From Bryobacteraceae bacterium (GTDB lineage: Bacteria; Acidobacteriota; Terriglobia; Bryobacterales; Bryobacteraceae), in assembly GCA_049521155.1 (NCBI GenBank), contig JBEKPC010000006.1, forward strand, positions 262 to 64,261: a stretch of DNA of 64,000 bases, read 5' to 3'. Each line of letters begins with the position of its first letter. Position 1 is the stretch's first letter. The notes under the pieces are model-generated. The model ran no database searches. It had not been told where the DNA came from and was given only the letters and a program-made list of their open reading frames with translations. A program made the translations under genes and the position numbers. Of this stretch, positions 11,904 to 21,224 are shown piece after piece.

Positions 11904-12459
11904 CCTGCTGCTGAAGATCTTTCGTGAAGTCATCCACCAGCCCAGCCTCTTTGCCCGCATCCAGCCGCGTCCGAATCCGCTGCTCCGCTAAATCAAGCGC
12001 CAGTTTCGCCGCGTAAGCTCTCAACTCACGGCCCGCCAAACTACCCGCCGATTCAATCTCCTGCTCCGCCTGCCGCTGAAGTTTTTCAATGTGCCGAGCC
12101 GTTTCCTGGCGGATGCGTTCCGCTTCCTGCTCCATCTCGATCTTCGCCTGCGCCCGGAATTTTTCAATATCCGCGCCCAGCGCGTTCAGCCGCGCGTCCA
12201 TTTCGGCCGCCCGTTTCTCAGCCGCCAGTTTCGTCGCTTGCGCCTCGGTAATGTCTTTTTGAATCTCGGTGGTGCGGGATTTAAAGTAGGGAGGCAAATA
12301 CTTATTAAGCACGTATCCGGCTCCGATGACGAGCAGCACGAAATTGGCCCATTTCCAGACCAGCATTTCGTCTTTCGTAACCGGCTCTTCCGTTTTTTCC
12401 TGTGCGTGAATCGCCGTCGCACCCAGCACAAACACCAGCGCCAGCAGAGCCCGCTTCAC
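11890..12459 (-). CDS. atpF: Fo ATP synthase subunit b
   Basis: 189 aa. Single N-terminal TM followed by a long charged coiled coil (AEKRAAEMDARL...). Operon position. Confidence 0.8.
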   Translation of the reverse strand: MKRALLALVFVLGATAIHAQEKTEEPVTKDEMLVWKWANFVLLVIGAGYVLNKYLPPYFKSRTTEIQKDITEAQATKLAAEKRAAEMDARLNALGADIEKFRAQAKIEMEQEAERIRQETARHIEKLQRQAEQEIESAGSLAGRELRAYAAKLALDLAEQRIRTRLDAGKEAGLVDDFTKDLQQQGLKN

Positions 12460-12908
12460 GATTGTCTCCGCGCCAGAACCGTGCTGGCGATCCGGTCGGC
12501 CAGCGCCGCGCTGGTTTCCACCAGACTCTGCTTCGCCGTCACAGTTTCATCGGCAAGCTGTTTCCGCGCCGCGGTCAGAGTTTCAGCCGAACGCGTCTGC
12601 GCCGCTGCAACCTGCTTGGCCTGGTCTTCGATCCACACCCGCCGCGTTTCTTCCTGGCCTCGATAAACTTCGGCGCGCGCGTCGCGGAATTTCGCTTCGT
12701 AGTCCTGCGCCTTGCGCTCCGCCGCAGCCAGACTCTCGTTTGCCGCCTGGCGCGCTCCCGCCGTTAACTCTTCACGCTGCTTCAGAGTCTTCTGGAGCGG
12801 CTTGAACAGCATCGCTTTCAAATAGAAATGCAGGATGACTAGAAGAATTACGGTGGGGATAGCTTTTAGCAGAATCCCACTCAGGGCTTGGAGTGTCTGT
12901 TCCATCAA
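12456..12908 (-). CDS. Fo ATP synthase subunit b' (second b-type stalk subunit)
   Basis: 150 aa. N-terminal TM (LLKAIPTVILLVILHFYL) plus coiled coil. 4-nt overlap with atpF. First gene of this sub-operon. Confidence 0.7.
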   Translation of the reverse strand: MMEQTLQALSGILLKAIPTVILLVILHFYLKAMLFKPLQKTLKQREELTAGARQAANESLAAAERKAQDYEAKFRDARAEVYRGQEETRRVWIEDQAKQVAAAQTRSAETLTAARKQLADETVTAKQSLVETSAALADRIASTVLARRQS

Positions 12909-13038
12909 AAAATGTGCAGGGATCGAACGTCGAGACGAACCGCTCCGAATCCGTCAAGTTAGCACAATGGCGTATCTTTGGTCAAATTATGTGCGATTAA
13001 GGCCTATTGGCCTGCATAAAACAAGCGATTATGGCCGG

Positions 13039-14061
13039 TTAAGCCGTCGCAGCAAGCGGCTTAGTGGCGGCCGGAAGCCCGATTTTCAGCCGCAGAGCGG
13101 CATCGATTTTCGCCCCCACCTCCGGATGCTCTTTGAGGAATGTCCGCGCAGTTTCCCGCCCCTGGCCCAGCCTTTCGCCCTGATAGCTGTACCAAGCCCC
13201 GCTTTTTTCGACAATTCCCTCTTCCGAGCCCAAATCGAGCAAATCGCCTTCGCGTGAAATTCCGTGGCCGTAAAGAATATCGACTTCCGCCTCCCGAAAC
13301 GGCGAAGCTACTTTGTTTTTAACGATTTTGATCTTCGTCCGGTTCCCAACAACCACCTCGCCGTCCTTGATCGCGGCCTGCCTTCGCACATCGACTCGCA
13401 CTGAGGAATAGAATTTTAAGGCCCTTCCACCGGTGGTCGTTTCCGGATTGCCGAACACAACCCCAATCTTTTCACGCACTTGATTGATAAATATCAAACA
13501 TGTATTGGTCCGCGCAATGGAACCGGTAAGCTTCCGCATGGCCTGGGACATCAGACGGGCATGCAGTCCCATGAAGCTATCTCCCATCTCTCCATCAAGT
13601 TCCGCGCGCGGAACCAGCGCGGCGACGGAATCGACAACCAGAATATCGATCGCCGCCGATTGCACCAGCGCATTGGTGATCTCCAGCGCCTGCTCCCCGC
13701 AATCCGGTTGAGAAACAAGGAGATCGTCGACATTTACTCCCAAATTCCGGGCATAAGCCGGATCAAGCGCATGTTCCGCATCGATAAACGCCGCCGACCC
13801 GCCCGCCGCCTGCGCTTCGGCGATGACGTGCAACGCTAAAGTGGTCTTTCCAGACGATTCCGGCCCAAAAATCTCCGTAACGCGCCCGCGCGGAAATCCA
13901 CCCACGCCCAACGCCGCATCGACGGAAATCGATCCGCTCGAAATCACCTTTACCGGCAATACGTTACGCGATCCAAGCTGCAATACGGCGCCCTTGCCGA
14001 ACTGCTTATCCATCTGAAGAATCGTCTGCATGATCGAGCGGGTGCGCTCAGGAGTAGCCAT
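13039..14061 (-). CDS. recA: Recombinase RecA
   Basis: 340 aa. Walker [20 protein letters not shown], canonical L1/L2 regions. Confidence 0.97.
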   Translation of the reverse strand: MATPERTRSIMQTILQMDKQFGKGAVLQLGSRNVLPVKVISSGSISVDAALGVGGFPRGRVTEIFGPESSGKTTLALHVIAEAQAAGGSAAFIDAEHALDPAYARNLGVNVDDLLVSQPDCGEQALEITNALVQSAAIDILVVDSVAALVPRAELDGEMGDSFMGLHARLMSQAMRKLTGSIARTNTCLIFINQVREKIGVVFGNPETTTGGRALKFYSSVRVDVRRQAAIKDGEVVVGNRTKIKIVKNKVASPFREAEVDILYGHGISREGDLLDLGSEEGIVEKSGAWYSYQGERLGQGRETARTFLKEHPEVGAKIDAALRLKIGLPAATKPLAATA

Positions 14062-14092
14062 GCCTATATGTGCGGCGTGGGGTAAGAAAATC

Positions 14093-14458
14093 TCAAGGAA
14101 TTCGCAATTTGATTGGCGTGCGCGGATCCGGCGGCGGGGTGATTGTACCTTTCAATTCAACATTTTCCCCTTCGGGCGCACTGCCTTCGATGCCGATGGT
14201 CTTTTCCAAAACCGTGATCAACGAATCCTTAACGGCGCCCCGAACGATGACTTTCGTCTCTCCCGGAGTGAAGCCGATTCGCTTGACGGTGTCCCAAACC
14301 TGTTCGAGCGTAACCCGGTTCTGATCAGCCAGATCAAGCACGACCGTACCGTCTTTCATGCTGACTTCGACATGCTTGACGCCGCGCATTTTTTCGAAAG
14401 CCTTGCCAAGTGACTCAGAACAGGAGGGGCAATTCATGTCCTTCATGAAAACCTCCAT
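14093..14458 (-). CDS. Heavy-metal-associated (HMA) domain protein with about 60-aa C-terminal extension
   Basis: MxCxxC-type motif DMNCPSC followed by a ferredoxin-like HMA pattern ([16 protein letters not shown]). Start uncertain. In-frame ATGs end at 14446 (GGAGG five nt upstream), 14458, 14479 and 14506; the track ORF extends to 14689. Stop lies 31 nt upstream of the recA start. Confidence 0.55.
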   Translation of the reverse strand: MEVFMKDMNCPSCSESLGKAFEKMRGVKHVEVSMKDGTVVLDLADQNRVTLEQVWDTVKRIGFTPGETKVIVRGAVKDSLITVLEKTIGIEGSAPEGENVELKGTITPPPDPRTPIKLRIP

Positions 14459-14524
14459 ATGCAGAAATTCGGCTTGCATGGTGAGCAGCAGCAGAAGGAG
14501 TCCCATGTTGCTTAGAATAACTGA

Positions 14525-16306
14525 GTGCGAAAACACAAGATGTGGGCGGCGTTCGCGCTGGCTACTATCGCTTTTTACTCGATTCCGCTGTTCGATGCCC
14601 AGACTTCGATTCAAGGGGACGCCGTCGATATCAGCTACTCGGCGCAGAAATACTTCGCCAACTCCTTGCTGGCAGGGCATTTGCCGCACTGGACGCCGTT
14701 CATTTTCTCGGGCTTTCCATTTCTATCTGACCCGCAAACGGGCGCTTGGTATCCGCTGCATTGGCCATTTTTCCTGATAGGGATTACGCCGCGCGCGATC
14801 GAATGGGAACTGGCGCTCCATGCATTTCTGGCTCTCTGCGGGACGTATCTGCTGGCGCGCCGGTTGGATGGCGATCATATGTTCGCGCTGCTGGCTGCGA
14901 TATTTTACGCGGGTGGAGGATTCTTTGCCGCCAATAGCGCGCATGTTGGAATTTTCGAAACGGCGGCGCTGTTGCCTTGGCTGTTGTGGTCGGCGTTGCG
15001 CGGGCCGATGCTGCTGGGGGGCGCGATTGGCGGCTTGATCTTGCTGGCCGGGCAGTTCCAAATGGCCGGGTATTGTTTCCTGGCGCTGGCGTTGCTCGTG
15101 ATTGTTCAGCGTGCGCCGTGGAGACGCGCGGCAGGCCTTGTGATTGTTGCGATTTTATTGGGGGCGATTCAGATTCTGCCGGCGCTTCCATTAATGGCGC
15201 AGGCTGACCGCGGCGGCGCTCATGCCGGGTTAAAAGCCGCGGCGCTGGCAACATTGGTGCTCCCGAATTTCTATGGAGCGGATGCGACGCAGTTTTATTT
15301 CTATGGGGGAATTTTGCTGATTCCGCTGGCACTGATCGGAATGGCGAAAAAACGCAGTATTTTGGCGCTGGCGCTGATTGTGGCTGCGCTGTTGTATGCG
15401 TTTGTCGCCGTTCAGATCTGGTTCGTGGCGGCGCTGGGGCTGGCGCTGGCGGCGGCAGCGGGGGCGGCTTGGCTCGCGGAACGATTTCATAAATCGTGGA
15501 TCATGATGGCGATATTGCTCTTGAGCGTCGCCGACCTGTGGTTTTGGAACATGGCTGACAACCAGCTCGCCTATGCCAGCATGACGTTTGCCGATAAATA
15601 TGGCGATGCATTTACCAATCTTCAGAAGAATCTGGAAACGGTGAAGCAGCGCCCGTTTGTCCGCATCTGGTCGCCGTTTGATACCAATGCGTTCGGTCCG
15701 CTGAATAGCTCGCTCGAAGGGCGGACCGAAGTTACCTATGGATACAACCCTCTGGAGCTCTCACGCTATCAGGAATATTTGAAGGCGATTGAAAAGAACG
15801 GGAAGCTGTTGAACGGACTGGCGGTGACGAGTGCGATCGACCCGCAACGCGGGGCGCTGTTCCAAAATCCGGCGGTACTGCCGCGGGTGTATGCGCCGCC
15901 GCAAGTCAAATTTGTGGCCAATCATGCCGCCGCGCGGGCGCTGCTGCCCACGCTCGATCCGGCGAAAGCGGCGATTGTCGAGACCGAGCTGCGTCCGCTC
16001 GCGCCCGGCAAAACCACAGTCGAAATTGTCGACTACACGGGTGATTTTTACCGGGCAAAATACTCTACGGCGTTCGATTGCCTGCTGCGTATCGCGGTCC
16101 CGTATTTCCCGGGCTGGATGGCCACGATCGACGGAAAATCAACTCCGGTCTATATCGTTGACGACGCGCTTTCGGGTGTATTCGCACCGGCGGGAAATCA
16201 TGAGCTGACGTTTCGTTACCGCTCCAATTGGTTTCTTGGGGGCGCGATGATCAGCGCACTGGCTCTCATCGGGATTATCTTAACTGCAACTCTTGCGCGC
16301 CGCTGA
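14525..16306 (+). CDS. YfhO-like polytopic membrane protein (putative glycosyl/polymer transferase)
   Basis: 593 aa, many TM helices. The N-terminal GHLPHWTPFIFSGFPFLSDPQTGAWYPLHW pattern resembles the YfhO family. Start could be the ATG at 14540. Confidence 0.65.
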   Translation: MRKHKMWAAFALATIAFYSIPLFDAQTSIQGDAVDISYSAQKYFANSLLAGHLPHWTPFIFSGFPFLSDPQTGAWYPLHWPFFLIGITPRAIEWELALHAFLALCGTYLLARRLDGDHMFALLAAIFYAGGGFFAANSAHVGIFETAALLPWLLWSALRGPMLLGGAIGGLILLAGQFQMAGYCFLALALLVIVQRAPWRRAAGLVIVAILLGAIQILPALPLMAQADRGGAHAGLKAAALATLVLPNFYGADATQFYFYGGILLIPLALIGMAKKRSILALALIVAALLYAFVAVQIWFVAALGLALAAAAGAAWLAERFHKSWIMMAILLLSVADLWFWNMADNQLAYASMTFADKYGDAFTNLQKNLETVKQRPFVRIWSPFDTNAFGPLNSSLEGRTEVTYGYNPLELSRYQEYLKAIEKNGKLLNGLAVTSAIDPQRGALFQNPAVLPRVYAPPQVKFVANHAAARALLPTLDPAKAAIVETELRPLAPGKTTVEIVDYTGDFYRAKYSTAFDCLLRIAVPYFPGWMATIDGKSTPVYIVDDALSGVFAPAGNHELTFRYRSNWFLGGAMISALALIGIILTATLARR

Positions 16307-17210
16307 CGATAAGACAGACGTGGCATCCCTGAGCGAAGACAAGCTGTGCGAAGACCGGTTAGCGCTCCAAGAGCGGGCATTACTGGCCCTGAAGGCGTTG
16401 CCGCCGTTTTCCCCCATCTTGAACCGGCTGCTGGCGTCCTTGGCCACCGAAGATGTCTCGTTCATAAAGCTGGGAGATCTGATCGAGAAGGATCCGGTGC
16501 TGGCGGGCAATCTTCTGCACATGGTCAACTCGGCGTTATATGCGCGGCGCGGCACGATCAACTCAGTGCGCCATGCGCTGAGCCTGCTGGGGATCAATAA
16601 ACTGCGGAACGTGGTGCTGGGCATGTCGATCACGCGGATGTGGAATCAGGTGCATACGCCGCCCACGTGGTCCATGGCGCGCTTCAACATGCACTCCTCC
16701 GCTTGTGCGATCCTGTGCGACCTGTTGGCACAGCGTCTGACGGTGAACTATGCCGAAGGCGCGTTCGTCTCGGGCCTGTTGCACGACGTCGGACGGCTGC
16801 TGATCGCGCTGGGGCTGCCGGAGGAGTATGGCCGCATTTTACAGGTCTATGAGGCCGGTGGCAAAACTCTGCTGGCGTGTGAGAAGGAAGTAATCGGATT
16901 CACCCATCCCGAGCTTTCCACGGAAGCGCTGATCCTCTGGAAGCTTCCGGAGCCGATCCAGAATGCGGTGCGCCATCACCATAGCCCGGATACGGATCCG
17001 ACGGCGCGTCCGAATGAAGTGGCGCTGAGCCGGGTGCTGGAAGCGGCCAATCAATACGTGAACTCGATGGGCGTATCGATTCTGAAGAAATGTCCGGACG
17101 ACGCGGATGCGTCGCTGGTGGAGTCGCTGGGGCTTTCGAGTGAGCAGTTGCAGGTGCTGTTGGCGGAGTTCAGGTCTGAGTTTGATGCTATGTCGGCGTT
17201 TTTTAATTGA
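16293..17210 (+). CDS. HDOD-domain signalling protein
   Basis: 305 aa. LPPFSPILNRLLASL...DPVLAGNLLHMVNSALY...ALSLLGINKLRN and HDVGRL match the HDOD pattern. Confidence 0.8.
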   Translation: MRAADDKTDVASLSEDKLCEDRLALQERALLALKALPPFSPILNRLLASLATEDVSFIKLGDLIEKDPVLAGNLLHMVNSALYARRGTINSVRHALSLLGINKLRNVVLGMSITRMWNQVHTPPTWSMARFNMHSSACAILCDLLAQRLTVNYAEGAFVSGLLHDVGRLLIALGLPEEYGRILQVYEAGGKTLLACEKEVIGFTHPELSTEALILWKLPEPIQNAVRHHHSPDTDPTARPNEVALSRVLEAANQYVNSMGVSILKKCPDDADASLVESLGLSSEQLQVLLAEFRSEFDAMSAFFN

Positions 17211-17242
17211 GGATGGCGTCCGCATGCTTACGCATGGCGGGT

Positions 17243-17309
17243 AAAACATCAAGGAGACACCGTTCCCTGCGGTCATCGCTGTCGCTGGCAGCGCATGGCG
17301 CCGCCCCAC
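17243..17309 (+). repeat. Dispersed intergenic repeat family A, copy 1 (short form)
   Basis: aaacatcaaggagacaccgTTCCCTGCGGTCAtcgctgTCGCTGGCAGCGCATGGCGCCGCCCCAC shares both conserved blocks with copies 2 and 3. Confidence 0.75.
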
Positions 17310-17423
17310 GGACACTCTCCGGGCTGTGCCCGGATGGACCGACAGACCATGGTTTTCGTTGCTGTCGGTGCGGCAACGGGGCGTCCATCGTCGGCGAAAG
17401 GTATGTTACGCTCCTAGCGGAAG

Positions 17424-18758
17424 ATGATCCGGCTTTTTAAAGTATCCATTCCCAGCAGCGCGGTGGCGCTGGTTCTTTCTGAGGCGGGGCTGCTGTTTTG
17501 CTGCTATTTGTTGGCTGCGTGGCTGGTGCTGGATGTTCCCCTGGAGGTGTTTTTATTCGAGCAGGGGGGATATTGGCACATTGCGTTTGTCATGGGCATC
17601 ATCATGGCGGGGCTCTATTTTAACGATCTTTATGAGAATTACCGCGTGGGTTCCCGTATTCGGCTGATCCAGCAGTTCTGTCTGGTGCTGGGACTTTTAT
17701 TTCTACTGCAATCGGCGCTGAGCTACGCGGGATGGGGTGTGCTTCTTCCTAAATGGACGATGGTCTACGGGAGCCTGCTGGTGTTGATCGTGCTTCCTTT
17801 GTGGCGGATTTTCTTCACCACCATGCTGTTGAAATCGCTGGGCGGGCAGAAGCTGCTGTTTCTGGGATCGTCACCGGCGATGCACGACATTATCGCCCAT
17901 ATTTCGGAGCGGCCGGAACTGGGGCTGGCCGTGCTCGGGTATCTGGACGACGCTGAAGATGCGGGCACGGATGCGCCGCGGCTGGGCTCCATCGCGCAGT
18001 TGGACGAGGTGATTGCGGAGCGGCATCCGGCGCGCATCGTGATCAGCACGGAGCAGCCGCCGCAAGGGCTTCCGGTGGAGCGTTTGCTTAATCTGCGGTT
18101 GGGGGGCCTCGAAATTGAAGAGGCGTCGGCGACCTATGAGGCCATATTCAGGCGAGTCTCGACCCGCGATCTGCCGCCGCCGCAGCTCATATTTTCGAAT
18201 GAAATGAGCCCGCGCGTGACGAACGTGGCGCTGCAATCCGCCTATTCGCTGCTGCTGGCGGTGATGGCGCTGGTGATTGCGCTGCCGGTGATGGCGGTGG
18301 TCGCGCTGATCGTAAAATTCATTTCTCCGGGACCGGTGATTTACAGGCAGCAATGCGCGGGACGAAACGGGGCGCTGTTTTCGTTATATAAATTCCGGTC
18401 CATGCAGCCCGGCGCGCCTATCACGACGGTGGGGAAGTGGCTGCGTAAACTGCGTCTGGACGAGCTGCCGGAGTTGTTCAACGTGGTGCGGGGCGAGATG
18501 TCGATTGTGGGTCCGCGGCCGGAAAGGCAGGAATTCGTGGCCGTGCTGGAGGAGCGGATTCCGTATTACCGGCAGCGTCTTTCAGTGAAGCCGGGCATCA
18601 CGGGCTGGGCGCAGATCAATCAAAGAGATCACGACAAGATCGAGGACAGCATCGAAAAGCTGGAGTACGACCGGTATTACATCAAAAATCTGTCGATATC
18701 GTTAGACGCGTACATTATTTTTCACACCTTGAAGGCCACGCTGCTGGGCGGGAGATAA
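17424..18758 (+). CDS. Polyprenyl-phosphate glycosyl-1-phosphate transferase (bacterial sugar transferase; EPS priming enzyme)
   Basis: 444 aa. N-terminal TM bundle, central Rossmann-like segment, C-terminal catalytic block KFRSM...LDELPELFNVVRGEMSIVGPRPE...KPGITGWAQIN. Confidence 0.9.
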   Translation: MIRLFKVSIPSSAVALVLSEAGLLFCCYLLAAWLVLDVPLEVFLFEQGGYWHIAFVMGIIMAGLYFNDLYENYRVGSRIRLIQQFCLVLGLLFLLQSALSYAGWGVLLPKWTMVYGSLLVLIVLPLWRIFFTTMLLKSLGGQKLLFLGSSPAMHDIIAHISERPELGLAVLGYLDDAEDAGTDAPRLGSIAQLDEVIAERHPARIVISTEQPPQGLPVERLLNLRLGGLEIEEASATYEAIFRRVSTRDLPPPQLIFSNEMSPRVTNVALQSAYSLLLAVMALVIALPVMAVVALIVKFISPGPVIYRQQCAGRNGALFSLYKFRSMQPGAPITTVGKWLRKLRLDELPELFNVVRGEMSIVGPRPERQEFVAVLEERIPYYRQRLSVKPGITGWAQINQRDHDKIEDSIEKLEYDRYYIKNLSISLDAYIIFHTLKATLLGGR

Positions 18759-18765
18759 TGGGTGC

Positions 18766-18999
18766 ATGCGCGATCGTCTATTGAAAGTCCTTCAAAAAGT
18801 CACCGACCAGCCGCTGAATATCGGCGATGAAGATTCGCTGTTCGAGAGCGGACTGCTCGACTCATTCGCTTTGCCGGATCTGGTGAGCGGGTTGGAAGAG
18901 GAGTTTTCTTTCAAAGTGCCGGATTCCGATTTGAATCCGAGGAAGTTCGATTCCATCGCGCGGATTGAGGCCTATCTTTCAGAGCACGCGAAGGTGTGA
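18766..18999 (+). CDS. Acyl/peptidyl carrier protein
   Basis: 77 aa, acidic four-helix pattern with a phosphopantetheine-type site GLLDSFAL (DS-hydrophobic). Confidence 0.7.
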   Translation: MRDRLLKVLQKVTDQPLNIGDEDSLFESGLLDSFALPDLVSGLEEEFSFKVPDSDLNPRKFDSIARIEAYLSEHAKV

Positions 19000-19069
19000 G
19001 GAGGGACGCAGGCGGAACCGCCTGCGCCACCACGGCAGACTGCTGTATTGAAATTCAGGATTACAGATC

Positions 19070-19993
19070 ATGAAGACGCAGGCTTATATTCACGCGTTCG
19101 GGGCGTATTTGCCGGAGCGCGTGGTGACCAATGCGGAGCTGGCATCGCAACTGGGATGTACGGCGGAGTGGATCGAGAGCGTCTCCGGCATCAGGGAGCG
19201 GCGCTGGGCGGGGGAAGAAACGGTGGCCGACCTGGCGGTGGGAGCGGCGCGGGACTGCCTGGGGCGCGCAGGGATCGAAGCCTCCCAACTGGGACTGTTG
19301 CTGGTATCGAGCGGCAGCGCGGAGCGGCGATTCCCGGGGCCTGGGTCAATGGCGGCGGCGGCGCTAGGCCTTCATACTACGCCGGTGATCGATCTGCCGC
19401 TGGCGAGCGCGGGATCGATTTTCGGGCTGGCTTTGGCGGCACAACTGGCGGGATCGTACGGTGACGTCCTGGTGATCGCGGCGGAAAAAATGTCAGCGGT
19501 GGTGCAGGGAGCGGCGCTCGATCAGAATACGGCAATTTTATTCGGCGATGGAGCGGGAGCGGCGCTGGTAAGCGCGCGGACGGGGCGTTTCGAAGTGCTC
19601 GACTCCGTGCTGCACACGGACGGTGCGTTTCGGGATGATCTGGCGCTCGATTGGGGGTTGCCGCTGCGGATGAACGGACTGACTGTGATTTTGCAGGCGG
19701 CGCGTAAACTGCCGGCAGTGATCGGGGAGGTGCTGGCGCGCCAGAATATTGCGGCTGCGGAGGTGACGCAATTTGTGATGCACCAGGCGAATCAGAACCT
19801 GATTACCAGGGTGGCGAAGGGGCTGGGTGTGGATGCGGCGCGGATGTTCTCGAACGTATCAAAGTATGGAAATACGTCGTCGGCATCGATGCTGATCGCG
19901 GCGGCGGAATGGGATCCCACGCCAGGGCCCGTGGTGTTTGCAGGCTTCGGCGCGGGGTTTAACTGGGGGGCGCTGGCGGCGCGGTCCTCGTAA
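19070..19993 (+). CDS. KAS III (FabH)-like enzyme with Ser in place of the catalytic Cys
   Basis: 307 aa, colinear with E. coli FabH as remembered. HQAN and GNTSSAS (His/Asn of the triad) are present. The AACAG Cys112 position reads LASAGS (Ser113, codon AGC at 19406-19408). Confidence 0.85.
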   Translation: MKTQAYIHAFGAYLPERVVTNAELASQLGCTAEWIESVSGIRERRWAGEETVADLAVGAARDCLGRAGIEASQLGLLLVSSGSAERRFPGPGSMAAAALGLHTTPVIDLPLASAGSIFGLALAAQLAGSYGDVLVIAAEKMSAVVQGAALDQNTAILFGDGAGAALVSARTGRFEVLDSVLHTDGAFRDDLALDWGLPLRMNGLTVILQAARKLPAVIGEVLARQNIAAAEVTQFVMHQANQNLITRVAKGLGVDAARMFSNVSKYGNTSSASMLIAAAEWDPTPGPVVFAGFGAGFNWGALAARSS

Positions 19994-20002
19994 ACGCTCC
20001 GA

Positions 20003-20099
20003 GCGTCGACACTCTCGAAAACATCCAGGGAGACTCCGCTCCCTGCGGTCACGGTCGGACATAGCGGTATCGCTGGCAGCGCATGGCGCCACCCCACAA
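20003..20099 (+). repeat. Dispersed intergenic repeat family A, copy 2
   Basis: GCGTCGACACTCTCGAAAACATCcagggAGACTCCGCTCCCTGCGGTCACGG...ATCGCTGGCAGCGCATGGCGCCACCCCACAA. Confidence 0.8.
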
Positions 20100-20144
20100 A
20101 CACCAGCGTCGACATGGCACATGGGCCTACTCTGGCCCCAATTT

Positions 20145-20351
20145 TTATGATCCGCTACTTTGCGCTGCCGAGCCACGCATTACGGACGCGACTTGGGAAA
20201 AAATACGGCTGATGCTGGTCGAGACGCCGGGCATGATCGCGCCGGCGGCGACTGCCACGAAACCTGCCATCAGAGCGTACTCGATGAGGTCCTGGCCCTT
20301 GGTATCGCGCCATATTAGCATTTTGATATTCAGATGATTCAGTTTCTTCAT
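20145..20351 (-). CDS. flp: Flp/Fap-family type IVb pilin
   Basis: 68 aa. G/QDLIEYALMAGFVAVAAG matches the Flp prepilin cleavage and hydrophobic core motif. Start may be the internal Met ending at 20321. Confidence 0.75.
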   Translation of the reverse strand: MKKLNHLNIKMLIWRDTKGQDLIEYALMAGFVAVAAGAIMPGVSTSISRIFSQVASVMRGSAAQSSGS

Positions 20352-20535
20352 GGGTGTTCCAATCGCTACGCTTACAGTTTACGTATCGGAAGATAGCGTT
20401 GCACTAAGTAGATCGGCCTAATTTGTTAGTCCGAATGTTCTAGAGGGGTGCTGCTGCGCACTTAGGCACGTGCCGCATGGCATACGCTAATTCCGGGAAA
20501 CGCGGTGGCATGACAAGTGCGGTTACCAATCGCAC

Positions 20536-20931
20536 GTGACGATACACCTTGAATTTCCCCACGGCCTTCCGGCGTTTGAGACGCACAAGCGGTTCCGCCT
20601 GATCGAAAGCCGGAAGCGTGAACCGCTGCTGTTTCTGGAAAGCGAAACCAACCCTAAGTTATCGTTTCTTCTGCTACCGGTAGCGATGATTGACGCGGAT
20701 TACCGGCTGGCTTTATCGGCCGAAGATGGGGAAGCGCTTGGCACGTGCGGGGCCTCGCCTCTGGTATGTCTGGCGGTGATCACGGCCGCCGAAGATTTGC
20801 CGCCCACCGCCAATTTGTTGGCGCCGGTGGTGGTCAACCTCGATAGCGGGAAGGCGGTGCAGGCGGTGCGGTCGGACGCGGTGTACTCCCATAAACATCC
20901 TCTGGTTCCTGGAGGGGCGCTATGCTCGTGA
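20536..20931 (+). CDS. fliW: Flagellar assembly factor FliW
   Basis: 131 aa, GTG start (the only start codon after the in-frame stop at 20488-20490). FPHGLPAFE...RFRLIE...PLLFLES...FLLLP are FliW hallmarks. 10-nt overlap with csrA. Confidence 0.85.
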   Translation: MTIHLEFPHGLPAFETHKRFRLIESRKREPLLFLESETNPKLSFLLLPVAMIDADYRLALSAEDGEALGTCGASPLVCLAVITAAEDLPPTANLLAPVVVNLDSGKAVQAVRSDAVYSHKHPLVPGGALCS

Positions 20932-21176
20932 TCCGGCGGCGCGCGGGCGAAGCGCTGCTGATCGGGGACGATATCGAGATCGAGATTCTCGATATGGGAG
21001 GGTCGCAAGTGAAGCTGGGCATTCGGGCGCCGAAGCACGTGGTGGTGCTGCGCAAGGAAATTCAGATTACGGCACAGGAGAATTTGGCGGCTTCGAAAGA
21101 AAAATCGGGGAAAGCGGTGAATTCTTTGCTGCGCACGCTCAAGAAGCGTGAAAGGTCTCCGATAAGGGCCCTGTAA
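20922..21176 (+). CDS. csrA: Carbon storage regulator CsrA (FliW-partner type with C-terminal extension)
   Basis: 84 aa. [47 protein letters not shown] is canonical CsrA. Confidence 0.9.
   Translation: MLVIRRRAGEALLIGDDIEIEILDMGGSQVKLGIRAPKHVVVLRKEIQITAQENLAASKEKSGKAVNSLLRTLKKRERSPIRAL
21139..21165 (+). promoter_or_regulatory. Candidate sigma28 (FliA)-type promoter for flagellin, inside the csrA 3' end
   Basis: TCAA (21139-21142), 15 nt, TCCGATAA (21158-21165), compared with consensus TAAA-N15-GCCGATAA. It would give a leader of about 50 nt containing both CsrA sites. Confidence 0.4.
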
Positions 21177-21179
21177 GAA

Positions 21180-21218
21180 CCGGGAAAGGATTCCCGGAGA
21201 CAACAGAATTCAAGGAGA
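21180..21218 (+). promoter_or_regulatory. Two candidate CsrA binding sites in the flagellin leader (AGGA-loop hairpin + SD-overlapping GGA)
   Basis: CCGGGAA-AGGA-TTCCCGG (21180-21197) is a 7-bp stem presenting AGGA in a tetraloop. CAAGGAGAG (21210-21218) overlaps the Shine-Dalgarno, 7 nt before the ATG at 21225. Confidence 0.6.
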
Positions 21219-21224
21219 GAATCA

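Noticed and set aside
14507-14689. Long N-terminal extension of the HMA-protein ORF
   Set aside because: It would overlap the divergent YfhO-like gene start and adds Arg/Gln-rich sequence. Internal ATGs closer to the HMA fold are more plausible.
20002-20114. 10-bp direct repeat AGCGTCGACA flanking repeat A copy 2, considered as a target-site duplication
   Set aside because: The left copy belongs to the element itself: copy 3 has the homologous GCGTCGAGACTCTCG without a matching right-hand repeat. It is therefore not a clean TSD.
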